DNA from: Nemertoderma westbladi | Lineage: Eukaryota; Animalia; Xenacoelomorpha | Length of the DNA stretch: 64,000 bases | Direction: 5' to 3' | Assembly: GCA_032718475.1 (NCBI GenBank) | Contig: JAUCBJ010007822.1 | Coordinates: forward strand, 1 to 64,000 | Shown here: positions 1 through 13,850 of the stretch, one piece after another | Layout: the number at the start of each line of letters is the position of its first letter | Position numbering within the stretch: position 1 is the first letter of the stretch | Translations under genes and position numbers: made by a program | Notes under the pieces: model-generated | Seen by the model: the letters and a program-made list of their open reading frames with translations, nothing else | Database searches by the model: none | What the model was told of the DNA's origin: nothing

Positions 1-3000
1 AGGTTGGGAGTGTCGGTTAGTTGTGAGTGAAGCCTCATAGATTGGGGTAGGAACAGGTTGGGAGTGTCAGTTAGTTGTGAGTGAAGCCTCATAGATTGGG
101 GTAGGAACAGGTTGGGAGTGTCAGCTAGTTGTGAGTGAAGCCTCATAGATTGGGGTAGGAACTGGTTGGGAGTGTCAGTTAGTTGTGAGTGAAGTCTCAT
201 AGATTGCGGTAGGAACGGAGCAGGTTGGGAGTGTCAGTTAGTTGTGAGTGAAGCCTCATAGATTGGGGTAGGAACGGAACAGGTTGGGAGTGTCAGTTAG
301 TTGTGAGTGAAGCCTCATAGATTGGGGTTGGGGTAGGAACAGGTTGGGAGTGTCAGTTAGTTGTGAGTGAAGCCTCATAGATTGGGGTAGGAACGGAACA
401 GGTTGGGAGTGTCAGTTAGTTGTGAGTGAAGCCTCATAGATTGGGGTAGGAACAGGTTGGGAGTGTCAGTTAGTTGTGAGTGAAGCCTCATAGATTGGGG
501 TAGGAACGGAACAGGTTGGGAGTGTCAGTTAGTTGTGAGTGAAGCCTCATAGATTGGGGTAGGAACAGGTTGGGAGTGTCAGCTAGTTGTGAGTGAAGCC
601 TCATAGATTGGGGTAGGAACAGGTTGGGAGTGTCAGTTAGTTGTGAGTGAAGCCTCATAGATTGGGGTTGGGGTAGGAACAGGTTGGGAGTGTCAGTTAG
701 TTGTGAGTGAAGCCTCATAGATTGGGGTAGGAACGGAACAGGTTGGGAGTGTCAGTTAGTTGTGAGTGAAGCCTCATAGATTGGGGTAGGAACAGGTTGG
801 GAGTGTCAGTTAGTTGTGAGTGAAGCCTCATAGATTGGGGTAGGAACGGAACAGGTTGGGAGTGTCAGTTAGTTGTGAGTGAAGCCTCATAGATTGGGGT
901 AGGAACAGGTTGGGAGTGTCAGTTAGTTGTGAGTGAAGCCTCATAGATTGGGGTTGGGGTAGGAACAGGTTGGGAGTGTCAGTTAGTTGTGAGTGAAGCC
1001 TCATAGATTGGGGTAGGAACGGAACAGGTTGGGAGTGTCAGTTAGTTGTGAGTGAAGCCTCATAGATTGGGGTAGGAACAGGTTGGGAGTGTCAGTTAGT
1101 TGTGAGTGAAGCCTCATAGATTGGGGTAGGAACGGAACAGGTTGGGAGTGTCAGTTAGTTGTGAGTGAAGCCTCATAGATTGGGGTAGGAACAGGTTGGG
1201 AGTGTCAGCTAGTTGTGAGTGAAGCCTCATAGATTGGGGTAGGAACAGGTTGGGAGTGTCAGTTAGTTGTGAGTGAAGCCTCATAGATTGCGGTAGGAAC
1301 GGAACAGGTTGGGAGTGTCAGTTAGTTGTGAGTGAAGCCTCATAGATTGGGGTAGGAACGGAACAGGTTGGGAGTGTCAGTTAGTTGTGAGTGAAGTCTC
1401 ATAGATTGGGGTAGGAACAGGTTGGGAGTGTCAGTTAGTTGTGAGTGAAGCCTCATAGATTGGAGTAGGAACAGGTTGGGAGTGTCAGCTAGTTGTGAGT
1501 GAAGCCTCATAGATTGGGGTAGGAACGGAACAGGTTGGGAGTGTCAGTTAGTTGTGAGTGAAGCCTCATAGATTGGGGTAGGAACGGAACAGGTTGGGAG
1601 TGTCAGTTAGTTGTGAGTGAAGCCTCATAGATTGGGGTAGGAACAGGTTGGGAGTGTCAGTTAGTTGTGAGTGAAGCCTCATAGATTGGGGTAGGAACAG
1701 GTTGGGAGTGTCAGCTAGTTGTGAGTGAAGCCTCATAGATTGGGGTAGGAACAGGTTGGGAGTGTCAGTTAGTTGTGAGTGAAGCCTCATAGATTGCGGT
1801 AGGAACGGAACAGGTTGGGAGTGTCAGTTAGTTGTGAGTGAAGCCTCATAGATTGGGGTAGGAACAGGTTGGGAGTGTCAGCTAGTTGTGAGTGAAGCCT
1901 CATAGATTGGGGTAGGAACAGGTTGGGAGTGTCAGTTAGTTGTGAGTGAAGCCTCATAGATTGCGGTAGGAACGGAACAGGTTGGGAGTGTCAGTTAGTT
2001 GTGAGTGAAGCCTCATAGATTGGGGTAGGAACAGGTTGGGAGTGTCAGTTAGTTGTGAGTGAAGCCTCATAGATTGGGGTAGGAACAGGTTGGGAGTGTC
2101 AGCTAGTTGTGAGTGAAGCCTCATAAATTGGGGTAGGAACAGGTTGGGAGTGTCAGTTAGTTGTGAGTGAAGCCTCATAGATTGGGGTAGGAACGGAACA
2201 GGTTGGGAGTGTCAGTTAGTTGTGAGTGAAGCCTCATAGATTGCGGTAGGAACAGGTTGGGAGTGTCAGTTAGTTGTGAGTGAAGCCTCATAGATTTGGG
2301 TAGGAACGGAACAGGTTGGGAGTGTCAGTTAGTTGTGAGTGAAGCCTCATAGATTGGGGTAGGAACGGAACAGGTTGGGAGTGTCAGTTAGTTGTGAGTG
2401 AAGCCTCATAGATTGGGGTAGGAACGGAACAGGTTGGGAGTGTCAGTTAGTTGTGAGTGAAGCCTCATAGATTGCGGTAGGAACAGGTTGGGAGTGTCAG
2501 TTAGTTGTGAGTGAAGCCTCATAGATTTGGGTAGGAACGGAACAGGTTGGGAGTGTCAGTTAGTTGTGAGTGAAGCCTCATAGATTGGGGTAGGAACAGG
2601 TTGGGAGTGTCAGTTAGTTGTGAGTGAAGCCTCATAGATTTGGGTAGGAACGGAACAGGTTGGGAGTGTCAGTTAGTTGTGAGTGAAGCCTCATAGATTG
2701 GGGTAGGAACGGAACAGGTTGGGAGTGTCAGTTAGTTGTGAGTGAAGCCTCATAGATTGCGGTAGGAACGGAACAGGTTGGGAGTGTCAGTTAGTTGTGA
2801 GTGAAGCCTCATAGATTGGGGTAGGAACAGGTTGGGAGTGTCAGTTAGTTGTGAGTGAAGCCTCATAGATTTGGGTAGGAACGGAACAGGTTGGGAGTGT
2901 CAGTTAGTTGTGAGTGAAGCCTCATAGATTGGGGTAGGAACAGGTTGGGAGTGTCAGTTAGTTGTGAGTGAAGCCTCATAGATTGGGGTAGGAACAGGTT

Positions 3001-6000
3001 GGGAGTGTCAGTTAGTTGTGAGTGAAGCCTCATAGATTGGGGTAGGAACGGAACAGGTTGGGAGTGTCAGTTAGTTGTGAGTGAAGCCTCATAGATTGCG
3101 GTAGGAACAGGTTGGGAGTGTCAGTTAGTTGTGAGTGAAGCCTCATAGATTTGGGTAGGAACGGAACAGGTTGGGAGTGTCAGTTAGTTGTGAGTGAAGC
3201 CTCATAGATTGGGGTAGGAACAGGTTGGGAGTGTCAGTTAGTTGTGAGTGAAGCCTCATAGATTGGGGTAGGAACGGAACAGGTTGGGAGTGTCAGTTAG
3301 TTGTGAGTGAAGCCTCATAGATTGCGGTAGGAACAGGTTGGGAGTGTCAGTTAGTTGTGAGTGAAGCCTCATAGATTTGGGTAGGAACGGAACAGGTTGG
3401 GAGTGTCAGTTAGTTGTGAGTGAAGCCTCATAGATTGGGGTAGGAACAGGTTGGGAGTGTCAGTTAGTTGTGAGTGAAGCCTCATAGATTTGGGTAGGAA
3501 CGGAACAGGTTGGGAGTGTCAGTTAGTTGTGAGTGAAGCCTCATAGATTGGGGTAGGAACGGAACAGGTTGGGAGTGTCAGTTAGTTGTGAGTGAAGCCT
3601 CATAGATTGGGGTAGGAACGGAACAGGTTGGGAGTGTCAGTTAGTTGTGAGTGAAGCCTCATAGATTGGGGTAGGAACGGAACAGGTTGGGAGTGTCAGT
3701 TAGTTGTGAGTGAAGCCTCATAGATTGGGGTAGGAACAGGTTGGGAGTGTCAGTTAGTTGTGAGTGAAGCCTCATAGATTGGGGTAGGAACGGAACAGGT
3801 TGGGAGTGTCAGTTAGTTGTGAGTGAAGCCTCATAGATTGGGGTAGGAACGGAACAGGTTGGGAGTGTCAGTTAGTTGTGAGTGAAGCCTCATAGATTGC
3901 GGTAGGAACGGAACAGGTTGGGAGTGTCAGTTAGTTGTGAGTGAAGCCTCATAGATTGGGGTAGGAACGGAACAGGTTGGGAGTGTCAGTTAGTTGTGAG
4001 TGAAGCCTCATAGATTGCGGTAGGAACAGGTTGGGAGTGTCAGTTAGTTGTGAGTGAAGCCTCATAGATTGGGGTAGGAACGGAACAGGTTGGGAGTGTC
4101 AGTTAGTTGTGAGTGAAGCCTCATAGATTGCGGTAGGAACGGAACAGGTTGGGAGTGTCAGTTAGTTGTGAGTGAAGCCTCATAGATTGGGGTAGGAACG
4201 GAACAGGTTGGGAGTGTCAGTTAGTTGTGAGTGAAGCCTCATAGATTGCGGTAGGAACAGGTTGGGAGTGTCAGTTAGTTGTGAGTGAAGCCTCATAGAT
4301 TGGGGTAGGAACGGAACAGGTTGGGAGTGTCAGTTAGTTGTGAGTGAAGCCTCATAGATTGGGGTAGGAACGGAACAGGTTGGGAGTGTCAGTTAGTTGT
4401 GAGTGAAGCCTCATAGATTGCGGTAGGAACGGAACAGGTTGGGAGTGTCAGTTAGTTGTGAGTGAAGCCTCATAGATTGGGGTAGGAACGGAACAGGTTG
4501 GGAGTGTCAGTTAGTTGTGAGTGAAGCCTCATAGATTGCGGTAGGAACAGGTTGGGAGTGTCAGTTAGTTGTGAGTGAAGCCTCATAGATTGGGGTAGGA
4601 ACGGAACAGGTTGGGAGTGTCAGTTAGTTGTGAGTGAAGCCTCATAGATTGGGGTAGGAACGGAACAGGTTGGGAGTGTCAGTTAGTTGTGAGTGAAGCC
4701 TCATAGATTGCGGTAGGAACGGAACAGGTTGGGAGTGTCAGTTAGTTGTGAGTGAAGCCTCATAGATTGGGGTAGGAACGGAGCAGGTTGGGAGTGTCAG
4801 TTAGTTGTGAGTGAAGCCTCATAGATTGGGGTAGGAACAGGTTGGGAGTGTCAGTTAGTTGTGAGTGAAGCCTCATAGATTGGGGTAGGAACAGGTTGGG
4901 AGTGTCAGTTAGTTGTGAGTGAAGCCTCATAGATTGGGGTAGGAACAGGTTGGGAGTGTCAGTTAGTTGTGAGTGAAGCCTCATAGATTGGGGTAGGAAC
5001 GGAGCAGGTTGGGAGTGTCAGTTAGTTGTGAGTGAAGTCTCATAGATTGGGGTAGGAACAGGTTGGGAGTGTCAGTTAGTTGTGAGTGAAGTCTCATAGA
5101 TTGGGGTAGGAACAGGTTGGGAGTGTCAGTTAGTTGTGAGTGAAGCCTCATAGATTGGGGTAGGAACAGGTTGGGAGTGTCAGTTAGTTGTGAGTGAAGT
5201 CTCATAGATTGGGGTAGGAACAGGTTGGGAGTGTCAGTTAGTTGTGAGTGAAGCCTCATAGATTGGGGTAGGAACAGGTTGGGAGTGTCAGTTAGTTGTG
5301 AGTGAAGCCTCATAGATTGGGGTAGGAACAGGTTGGGAGTGTCAGTTAGTTGTGAGTGAAGCCTCATAGATTGCGGTAGGAACGGAACAGGTTGGGAGTG
5401 TCAGTTAGTTGTGAGTGAAGCCTCATAGATTTGGGTAGGAACAGGTTGGGAGTGTCAGTTAGTTGTGAGTGAAGCCTCATAGATTGCGGTAGGAACGGAA
5501 CAGGTTGGGAGTGTCAGTTAGTTGTGAGTGAAGCCTCATAGATTGGGGTAGGAACAGGTTGGGAGTGTCAGTTAGTTGTGAGTGAAGTCTCATAGATTGG
5601 GGTAGGAACAGGTTGGGAGTGTCAGTTAGTTGTGAGTGAAGTCTCATAGATTGGGGTAGGAACAGGTTGGGAGTGTCAGTTAGTTGTGAGTGAAGCCTCA
5701 TAGATTGGGGTAGGAACAGGTTGGGAGTGTCAGTTAGTTGTGAGTGAAGCCTCATAGATTGCGGTAGGAACGGAACAGGTTGGGAGTGTCAGTTAGTTGT
5801 GAGTGAAGCCTCATAGATTGGGGTAGGAACAGGTTGGGAGTGTCAGTTAGTTGTGAGTGAAGCCTCATAGATTGGGATAGGAACAGGTTGGGAGTGTCAG
5901 TTAGTTGTGAGTGAAGCCTCATAGATTGCGGTAGGAACAGGTTGGGAGTGTCAGTTAGTTGTGAGTGAAGCCTCATAGATTGGGGTTGGGGTAGGAACAG

Positions 6001-9000
6001 GTTGGGAGTGTCAGTTAGTTGTGAGTGAAGTCTCATAGATTGCGGTAGGAACAGGTTGGGAGTGTCAGTTAGTTGTGAGTGAAGTCTCATAGATTGGGGT
6101 AGGAACAGGTTGGGAGTGTCAGTTAGTTGTGAGTGAAGCCTCATAGATTGGGGTTGGGGTAGGAACAGGTTGGGAGTGTCAGTTAGTTGTGAGTGAAGCC
6201 TCATAGATTGCGGTAGGAACAGGTTGGGAGTGTCAGTTAGTTGTGAGTGAAGCCTCATAGATTGCGGTAGGAACGGAACAGGTTGGGAGTGTCAGTTAGT
6301 TGTGAGTGAAGCCTCATAGATTGGGGTAGGAACAGGTTGGGAGTGTCAGTTAGTTGTGAGTGAAGTCTCATAGATTGGGGTAGGAACGGAACAGGTTGGG
6401 AGTGTCGGTTAGTTGTGAGTGAAGCCTCATAGATTGGGGTAGGAACAGGTTGGGAGTGTCAGTTAGTTGTGAGTGAAGCCTCATAGATTGGGGTAGGAAC
6501 AGGTTGGGAGTGTCAGCTAGTTGTGAGTGAAGCCTCATAGATTGGGGTAGGAACTGGTTGGGAGTGTCAGTTAGTTGTGAGTGAAGTCTCATAGATTGCG
6601 GTAGGAACGGAGCAGGTTGGGAGTGTCAGTTAGTTGTGAGTGAAGCCTCATAGATTGGGGTAGGAACGGAACAGGTTGGGAGTGTCAGTTAGTTGTGAGT
6701 GAAGCCTCATAGATTGGGGTTGGGGTAGGAACAGGTTGGGAGTGTCAGTTAGTTGTGAGTGAAGCCTCATAGATTGGGGTAGGAACGGAACAGGTTGGGA
6801 GTGTCAGTTAGTTGTGAGTGAAGCCTCATAGATTGGGGTAGGAACAGGTTGGGAGTGTCAGTTAGTTGTGAGTGAAGCCTCATAGATTGGGGTAGGAACG
6901 GAACAGGTTGGGAGTGTCAGTTAGTTGTGAGTGAAGCCTCATAGATTGGGGTAGGAACAGGTTGGGAGTGTCAGCTAGTTGTGAGTGAAGCCTCATAGAT
7001 TGGGGTAGGAACAGGTTGGGAGTGTCAGTTAGTTGTGAGTGAAGCCTCATAGATTGGGGTTGGGGTAGGAACAGGTTGGGAGTGTCAGTTAGTTGTGAGT
7101 GAAGCCTCATAGATTGGGGTAGGAACGGAACAGGTTGGGAGTGTCAGTTAGTTGTGAGTGAAGCCTCATAGATTGGGGTAGGAACAGGTTGGGAGTGTCA
7201 GTTAGTTGTGAGTGAAGCCTCATAGATTGGGGTAGGAACGGAACAGGTTGGGAGTGTCAGTTAGTTGTGAGTGAAGCCTCATAGATTGGGGTAGGAACAG
7301 GTTGGGAGTGTCAGTTAGTTGTGAGTGAAGCCTCATAGATTGGGGTTGGGGTAGGAACAGGTTGGGAGTGTCAGTTAGTTGTGAGTGAAGCCTCATAGAT
7401 TGGGGTAGGAACGGAACAGGTTGGGAGTGTCAGTTAGTTGTGAGTGAAGCCTCATAGATTGGGGTAGGAACAGGTTGGGAGTGTCAGTTAGTTGTGAGTG
7501 AAGCCTCATAGATTGGGGTAGGAACGGAACAGGTTGGGAGTGTCAGTTAGTTGTGAGTGAAGCCTCATAGATTGGGGTAGGAACAGGTTGGGAGTGTCAG
7601 CTAGTTGTGAGTGAAGCCTCATAGATTGGGGTAGGAACAGGTTGGGAGTGTCAGTTAGTTGTGAGTGAAGCCTCATAGATTGCGGTAGGAACGGAACAGG
7701 TTGGGAGTGTCAGTTAGTTGTGAGTGAAGCCTCATAGATTGGGGTAGGAACGGAACAGGTTGGGAGTGTCAGTTAGTTGTGAGTGAAGTCTCATAGATTG
7801 GGGTAGGAACAGGTTGGGAGTGTCAGTTAGTTGTGAGTGAAGCCTCATAGATTGGAGTAGGAACAGGTTGGGAGTGTCAGCTAGTTGTGAGTGAAGCCTC
7901 ATAGATTGGGGTAGGAACGGAACAGGTTGGGAGTGTCAGTTAGTTGTGAGTGAAGCCTCATAGATTGGGGTAGGAACGGAACAGGTTGGGAGTGTCAGTT
8001 AGTTGTGAGTGAAGCCTCATAGATTGGGGTAGGAACAGGTTGGGAGTGTCAGTTAGTTGTGAGTGAAGCCTCATAGATTGGGGTAGGAACAGGTTGGGAG
8101 TGTCAGCTAGTTGTGAGTGAAGCCTCATAGATTGGGGTAGGAACAGGTTGGGAGTGTCAGTTAGTTGTGAGTGAAGCCTCATAGATTGCGGTAGGAACGG
8201 AACAGGTTGGGAGTGTCAGTTAGTTGTGAGTGAAGCCTCATAGATTGGGGTAGGAACAGGTTGGGAGTGTCAGCTAGTTGTGAGTGAAGCCTCATAGATT
8301 GGGGTAGGAACAGGTTGGGAGTGTCAGTTAGTTGTGAGTGAAGCCTCATAGATTGCGGTAGGAACGGAACAGGTTGGGAGTGTCAGTTAGTTGTGAGTGA
8401 AGCCTCATAGATTGGGGTAGGAACAGGTTGGGAGTGTCAGTTAGTTGTGAGTGAAGCCTCATAGATTGGGGTAGGAACAGGTTGGGAGTGTCAGCTAGTT
8501 GTGAGTGAAGCCTCATAAATTGGGGTAGGAACAGGTTGGGAGTGTCAGTTAGTTGTGAGTGAAGCCTCATAGATTGGGGTAGGAACGGAACAGGTTGGGA
8601 GTGTCAGTTAGTTGTGAGTGAAGCCTCATAGATTGCGGTAGGAACAGGTTGGGAGTGTCAGTTAGTTGTGAGTGAAGCCTCATAGATTTGGGTAGGAACG
8701 GAACAGGTTGGGAGTGTCAGTTAGTTGTGAGTGAAGCCTCATAGATTGGGGTAGGAACGGAACAGGTTGGGAGTGTCAGTTAGTTGTGAGTGAAGCCTCA
8801 TAGATTGGGGTAGGAACGGAACAGGTTGGGAGTGTCAGTTAGTTGTGAGTGAAGCCTCATAGATTGCGGTAGGAACAGGTTGGGAGTGTCAGTTAGTTGT
8901 GAGTGAAGCCTCATAGATTTGGGTAGGAACGGAACAGGTTGGGAGTGTCAGTTAGTTGTGAGTGAAGCCTCATAGATTGGGGTAGGAACAGGTTGGGAGT

Positions 9001-11790
9001 GTCAGTTAGTTGTGAGTGAAGCCTCATAGATTTGGGTAGGAACGGAACAGGTTGGGAGTGTCAGTTAGTTGTGAGTGAAGCCTCATAGATTGGGGTAGGA
9101 ACGGAACAGGTTGGGAGTGTCAGTTAGTTGTGAGTGAAGCCTCATAGATTGCGGTAGGAACGGAACAGGTTGGGAGTGTCAGTTAGTTGTGAGTGAAGCC
9201 TCATAGATTGGGGTAGGAACAGGTTGGGAGTGTCAGTTAGTTGTGAGTGAAGCCTCATAGATTTGGGTAGGAACGGAACAGGTTGGGAGTGTCAGTTAGT
9301 TGTGAGTGAAGCCTCATAGATTGGGGTAGGAACAGGTTGGGAGTGTCAGTTAGTTGTGAGTGAAGCCTCATAGATTGGGGTAGGAACAGGTTGGGAGTGT
9401 CAGTTAGTTGTGAGTGAAGCCTCATAGATTGGGGTAGGAACAGAACAGGTTGGGAGTGTCAGTTAGTTGTGAGTGAAGCCTCATAGATTGCGGTAGGAAC
9501 AGGTTGGGAGTGTCAGTTAGTTGTGAGTGAAGCCTCATAGATTTGGGTAGGAACGGAACAGGTTGGGAGTGTCAGTTAGTTGTGAGTGAAGCCTCATAGA
9601 TTGGGGTAGGAACAGGTTGGGAGTGTCAGTTAGTTGTGAGTGAAGCCTCATAGATTGGGGTAGGAACGGAACAGGTTGGGAGTGTCAGTTAGTTGTGAGT
9701 GAAGCCTCATAGATTGCGGTAGGAACAGGTTGGGAGTGTCAGTTAGTTGTGAGTGAAGCCTCATAGATTTGGGTAGGAACGGAACAGGTTGGGAGTGTCA
9801 GTTAGTTGTGAGTGAAGCCTCATAGATTGGGGTAGGAACAGGTTGGGAGTGTCAGTTAGTTGTGAGTGAAGCCTCATAGATTTGGGTAGGAACGGAACAG
9901 GTTGGGAGTGTCAGTTAGTTGTGAGTGAAGCCTCATAGATTGGGGTAGGAACGGAACAGGTTGGGAGTGTCAGTTAGTTGTGAGTGAAGCCTCATAGATT
10001 GGGGTAGGAACGGAACAGGTTGGGAGTGTCAGTTAGTTGTGAGTGAAGCCTCATAGATTGGGGTAGGAACGGAACAGGTTGGGAGTGTCAGTTAGTTGTG
10101 AGTGAAGCCTCATAGATTGGGGTAGGAACAGGTTGGGAGTGTCAGTTAGTTGTGAGTGAAGCCTCATAGATTGGGGTAGGAACGGAACAGGTTGGGAGTG
10201 TCAGTTAGTTGTGAGTGAAGCCTCATAGATTGGGGTAGGAACGGAACAGGTTGGGAGTGTCAGTTAGTTGTGAGTGAAGCCTCATAGATTGCGGTAGGAA
10301 CGGAACAGGTTGGGAGTGTCAGTTAGTTGTGAGTGAAGCCTCATAGATTGGGGTAGGAACGGAACAGGTTGGGAGTGTCAGTTAGTTGTGAGTGAAGCCT
10401 CATAGATTGCGGTAGGAACAGGTTGGGAGTGTCAGTTAGTTGTGAGTGAAGCCTCATAGATTGGGGTAGGAACGGAACAGGTTGGGAGTGTCAGTTAGTT
10501 GTGAGTGAAGCCTCATAGATTGGGGTAGGAACGGAACAGGTTGGGAGTGTCAGTTAGTTGTGAGTGAAGCCTCATAGATTGCGGTAGGAACGGAACAGGT
10601 TGGGAGTGTCAGTTAGTTGTGAGTGAAGCCTCATAGATTGGGGTAGGAACAGGTTGGGAGTGTCAGTTAGTTGTGAGTGAAGCCTCATAGATTGGGGTAG
10701 GAACAGGTTGGGAGTGTCAGTTAGTTGTGAGTGAAGCCTCATAGATTGGGGTAGGAACAGGTTGGGAGTGTCAGTTAGTTGTGAGTGAAGCCTCATAGAT
10801 TGCGGTAGGAACGGAACAGGTTGGGAGTGTCAGTTAGTTGTGAGTGAAGCCTCATAGATTTGGGTAGGAACAGGTTGGGAGTGTCAGTTAGTTGTGAGTG
10901 AAGCCTCATAGATTGCGGTAGGAACGGAACAGGTTGGGAGTGTCAGTTAGTTGTGAGTGAAGCCTCATAGATTGGGGTAGGAACAGGTTGGGAGTGTCAG
11001 TTAGTTGTGAGTGAAGTCTCATAGATTGGGGTAGGAACAGGTTGGGAGTGTCAGTTAGTTGTGAGTGAAGTCTCATAGATTGGGGTAGGAACAGGTTGGG
11101 AGTGTCAGTTAGTTGTGAGTGAAGCCTCATAGATTGGGGTAGGAACAGGTTGGGAGTGTCAGTTAGTTGTGAGTGAAGCCTCATAGATTGCGGTAGGAAC
11201 GGAACAGGTTGGGAGTGTCAGTTAGTTGTGAGTGAAGCCTCATAGATTGGGGTAGGAACAGGTTGGGAGTGTCAGTTAGTTGTGAGTGAAGCCTCATAGA
11301 TTGGGATAGGAACAGGTTGGGAGTGTCAGTTAGTTGTGAGTGAAGCCTCATAGATTGCGGTAGGAACAGGTTGGGAGTGTCAGTTAGTTGTGAGTGAAGC
11401 CTCATAGATTGGGGTTGGGGTAGGAACAGGTTGGGAGTGTCAGTTAGTTGTGAGTGAAGTCTCATAGATTGCGGTAGGAACAGGTTGGGAGTGTCAGTTA
11501 GTTGTGAGTGAAGTCTCATAGATTGGGGTAGGAACAGGTTGGGAGTGTCAGTTAGTTGTGAGTGAAGCCTCATAGATTGGGGTTGGGGTAGGAACAGGTT
11601 GGGAGTGTCAGTTAGTTGTGAGTGAAGCCTCATAGATTGCGGTAGGAACAGGTTGGGAGTGTCAGTTAGTTGTGAGTGAAGCCTCATAGATTGCGGTAGG
11701 AACGGAACAGGTTGGGAGTGTCAGTTAGTTGTGAGTGAAGCCTCATAGATTGGGGTAGGAACAGGTTGGGAGTGTCAGTTAGTTGTGAGT
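1..11790 (+). repeat. Large tandem segmental duplication within the array (offset 6,392 bp, later 5,429 bp)
   Basis: Rare variant TGTCGG at 14 and 6406. ORF-track patterns recur at 488/6880, 1566/7958 and 1954/8346 (+6392), then 5477/10906 and 5752/11181 (+5429). Confidence 0.9.
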
Positions 11791-11799
11791 GAAGCCTCA

Positions 11800-13850
11800 T
11801 AGATTGGGGTAGGAACGGAACAGGTTGGGAGTGTCAGTTAGTTGTGAGTGAAGCCTCATAGATTGGGGTAGGAACGGAACAGGTTGGGAGTGTCAGTTAG
11901 TTGTGAGTGAAGCCTCATAGATTGCGGTAGGAACGGAACAGGTTGGGAGTGTCAGTTAGTTGTGAGTGAAGCCTCATAGATTGGGGTAGGAACAGGTTGG
12001 GAGTGTCAGTTAGTTGTGAGTGAAGCCTCATAGATTGGGGTAGGAACGGAACAGGTTGGGAGTGTCAGTTAGTTGTGAGTGAAGCCTCATAGATTGCGGT
12101 AGGAACGGAACAGGTTGGGAGTGTCAGTTAGTTGTGAGTAAAGGCTCATAGATTGGGGTAGGAACGGAACTGGTTGGGAGTGTCAGTTAGTTGTGAGTGA
12201 AGCCTCATAGATTGGGGTAGGAACGGAACAGGTTGGGAGTGTCAGTTAGTTGTGAGTGAAGCCTCATAGATTGCGGTAGGAACGGAACAGGTTGGGAGTG
12301 TTAGTTAGTTGTGAGTGAAGCCTCATAGATTGGGGTAGGAACTGGTTGGGAGTGTCAGTTAGTTGTGAGTGAAGCCTCATAGATTGGGGTAGGAACAGGT
12401 TGGGAGTGTCAGTTAGTTGTGAGTGAAGCCTTATAGATTGCGGTAGGAACAGGTTGGGAGTGTCAGTTAGTTGTGAGTGAAGCCTCATAGATTGCGGTAG
12501 GAACAGGTTGGGAGTGTCAGTTAGTTGTGAGTGAAGTCTCATAGATTGCGGTAGGAACAGGTTGGGAGTGTCAGTTAGTTGTGAGTGAAGCCTCATAGAT
12601 TGCGGTAGGAACAGGTTGGGAGTGTCAGTTAGTTGTGAGTGAAGCCTCATAGATTGGGGTAGGAACGGAACAGGTTGGGAGTGTCAGTTAGTTGTGAGTG
12701 AAGCCTCATAGATTGGGGTAGGAACAGGTTGGGAGTGTCAGTTAGTTGTGAGTGAAGCCTCATAGATTGGGGTAGGAACGGAACAGGTTGGGAGTGTCAG
12801 TTAGTTGTGAGTGAAGCCTCATAGATTGCGGTAGGAACGGAACAGGTTGGGAGTGTCAGTTAGTTGTGAGTGAAGCCTCATAGATTGGGGTAGGAACGGA
12901 ACAGGTTGGGAGTGTCAGTTAGTTGTGAGTGAAGCCTCATAGATTGGGGTAGGAACGGAACAGGTTGGGAGTGTCAGTTAGTTGTGAGTGAAGCCTCATA
13001 GATTGCGGTAGGAACGGAACAGGTTGGGAGTGTCAGTTAGTTGTGAGTGAAGCCTCATAGATTGGGGTAGGAACGGAACAGGTTGGGAGTGTCAGTTAGT
13101 TGTGAGTGAAGCCTCATAGATTGGGGTAGGAACAGGTTGGGAGTGTCAGTTAGTTGTGAGTGAAGCCTCATAGATTGCGGTAGGAACGGAACAGGTTGGG
13201 AGTGTCAGTTAGTTGTGAGTAAAGGCTCATAGATTGGGGTAGGAACGGAACTGGTTGGGAGTGTCAGTTAGTTGTGAGTGAAGCCTCATAGATTGGGGTA
13301 GGAACGGAACAGGTTGGGAGTGTCAGTTAGTTGTGAGTGAAGCCTCATAGATTGCGGTAGGAACGGAACAGGTTGGGAGTGTTAGTTAGTTGTGAGTGAA
13401 GCCTCATAGATTGGGGTAGGAACTGGTTGGGAGTGTCAGTTAGTTGTGAGTGAAGCCTCATAGATTGGGGTAGGAACAGGTTGGGAGTGTCAGTTAGTTG
13501 TGAGTGAAGCCTTATAGATTGCGGTAGGAACAGGTTGGGAGTGTCAGTTAGTTGTGAGTGAAGCCTCATAGATTGCGGTAGGAACAGGTTGGGAGTGTCA
13601 GTTAGTTGTGAGTGAAGTCTCATAGATTGCGGTAGGAACAGGTTGGGAGTGTCAGTTAGTTGTGAGTGAAGCCTCATAGATTGCGGTAGGAACAGGTTGG
13701 GAGTGTCAGTTAGTTGTGAGTGAAGCCTCATAGATTGGGGTAGGAACGGAACAGGTTGGGAGTGTCAGTTAGTTGTGAGTGAAGCCTCATAGATTGGGGT
13801 AGGAACAGGTTGGGAGTGTCAGTTAGTTGTGAGTGAAGCCTCATAGATTG
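11800..13850 (+). repeat. 1,081-bp tandem duplication (about 19 monomers)
   Basis: Rare variants GAGTAAAGGCTC, GTGTTAGTTAG and CCTTATAG recur at +1081. ORF patterns at 12264/13345. Bounds approximate. Confidence 0.88.

Noticed and set aside
1-120. Hammerhead ribozyme in the satellite (as in newt satellite 2 or Schistosoma Sm-alpha)
   Set aside because: The minus strand has CTGACAC rather than CTGANGA, and there is no GAAA core on either strand.
321-336. TTGGGGTTGGGG as a Tetrahymena-type telomere tract
   Set aside because: Only two units, explained by a 6-bp slippage duplication inside a monomer that was later copied by block duplication.
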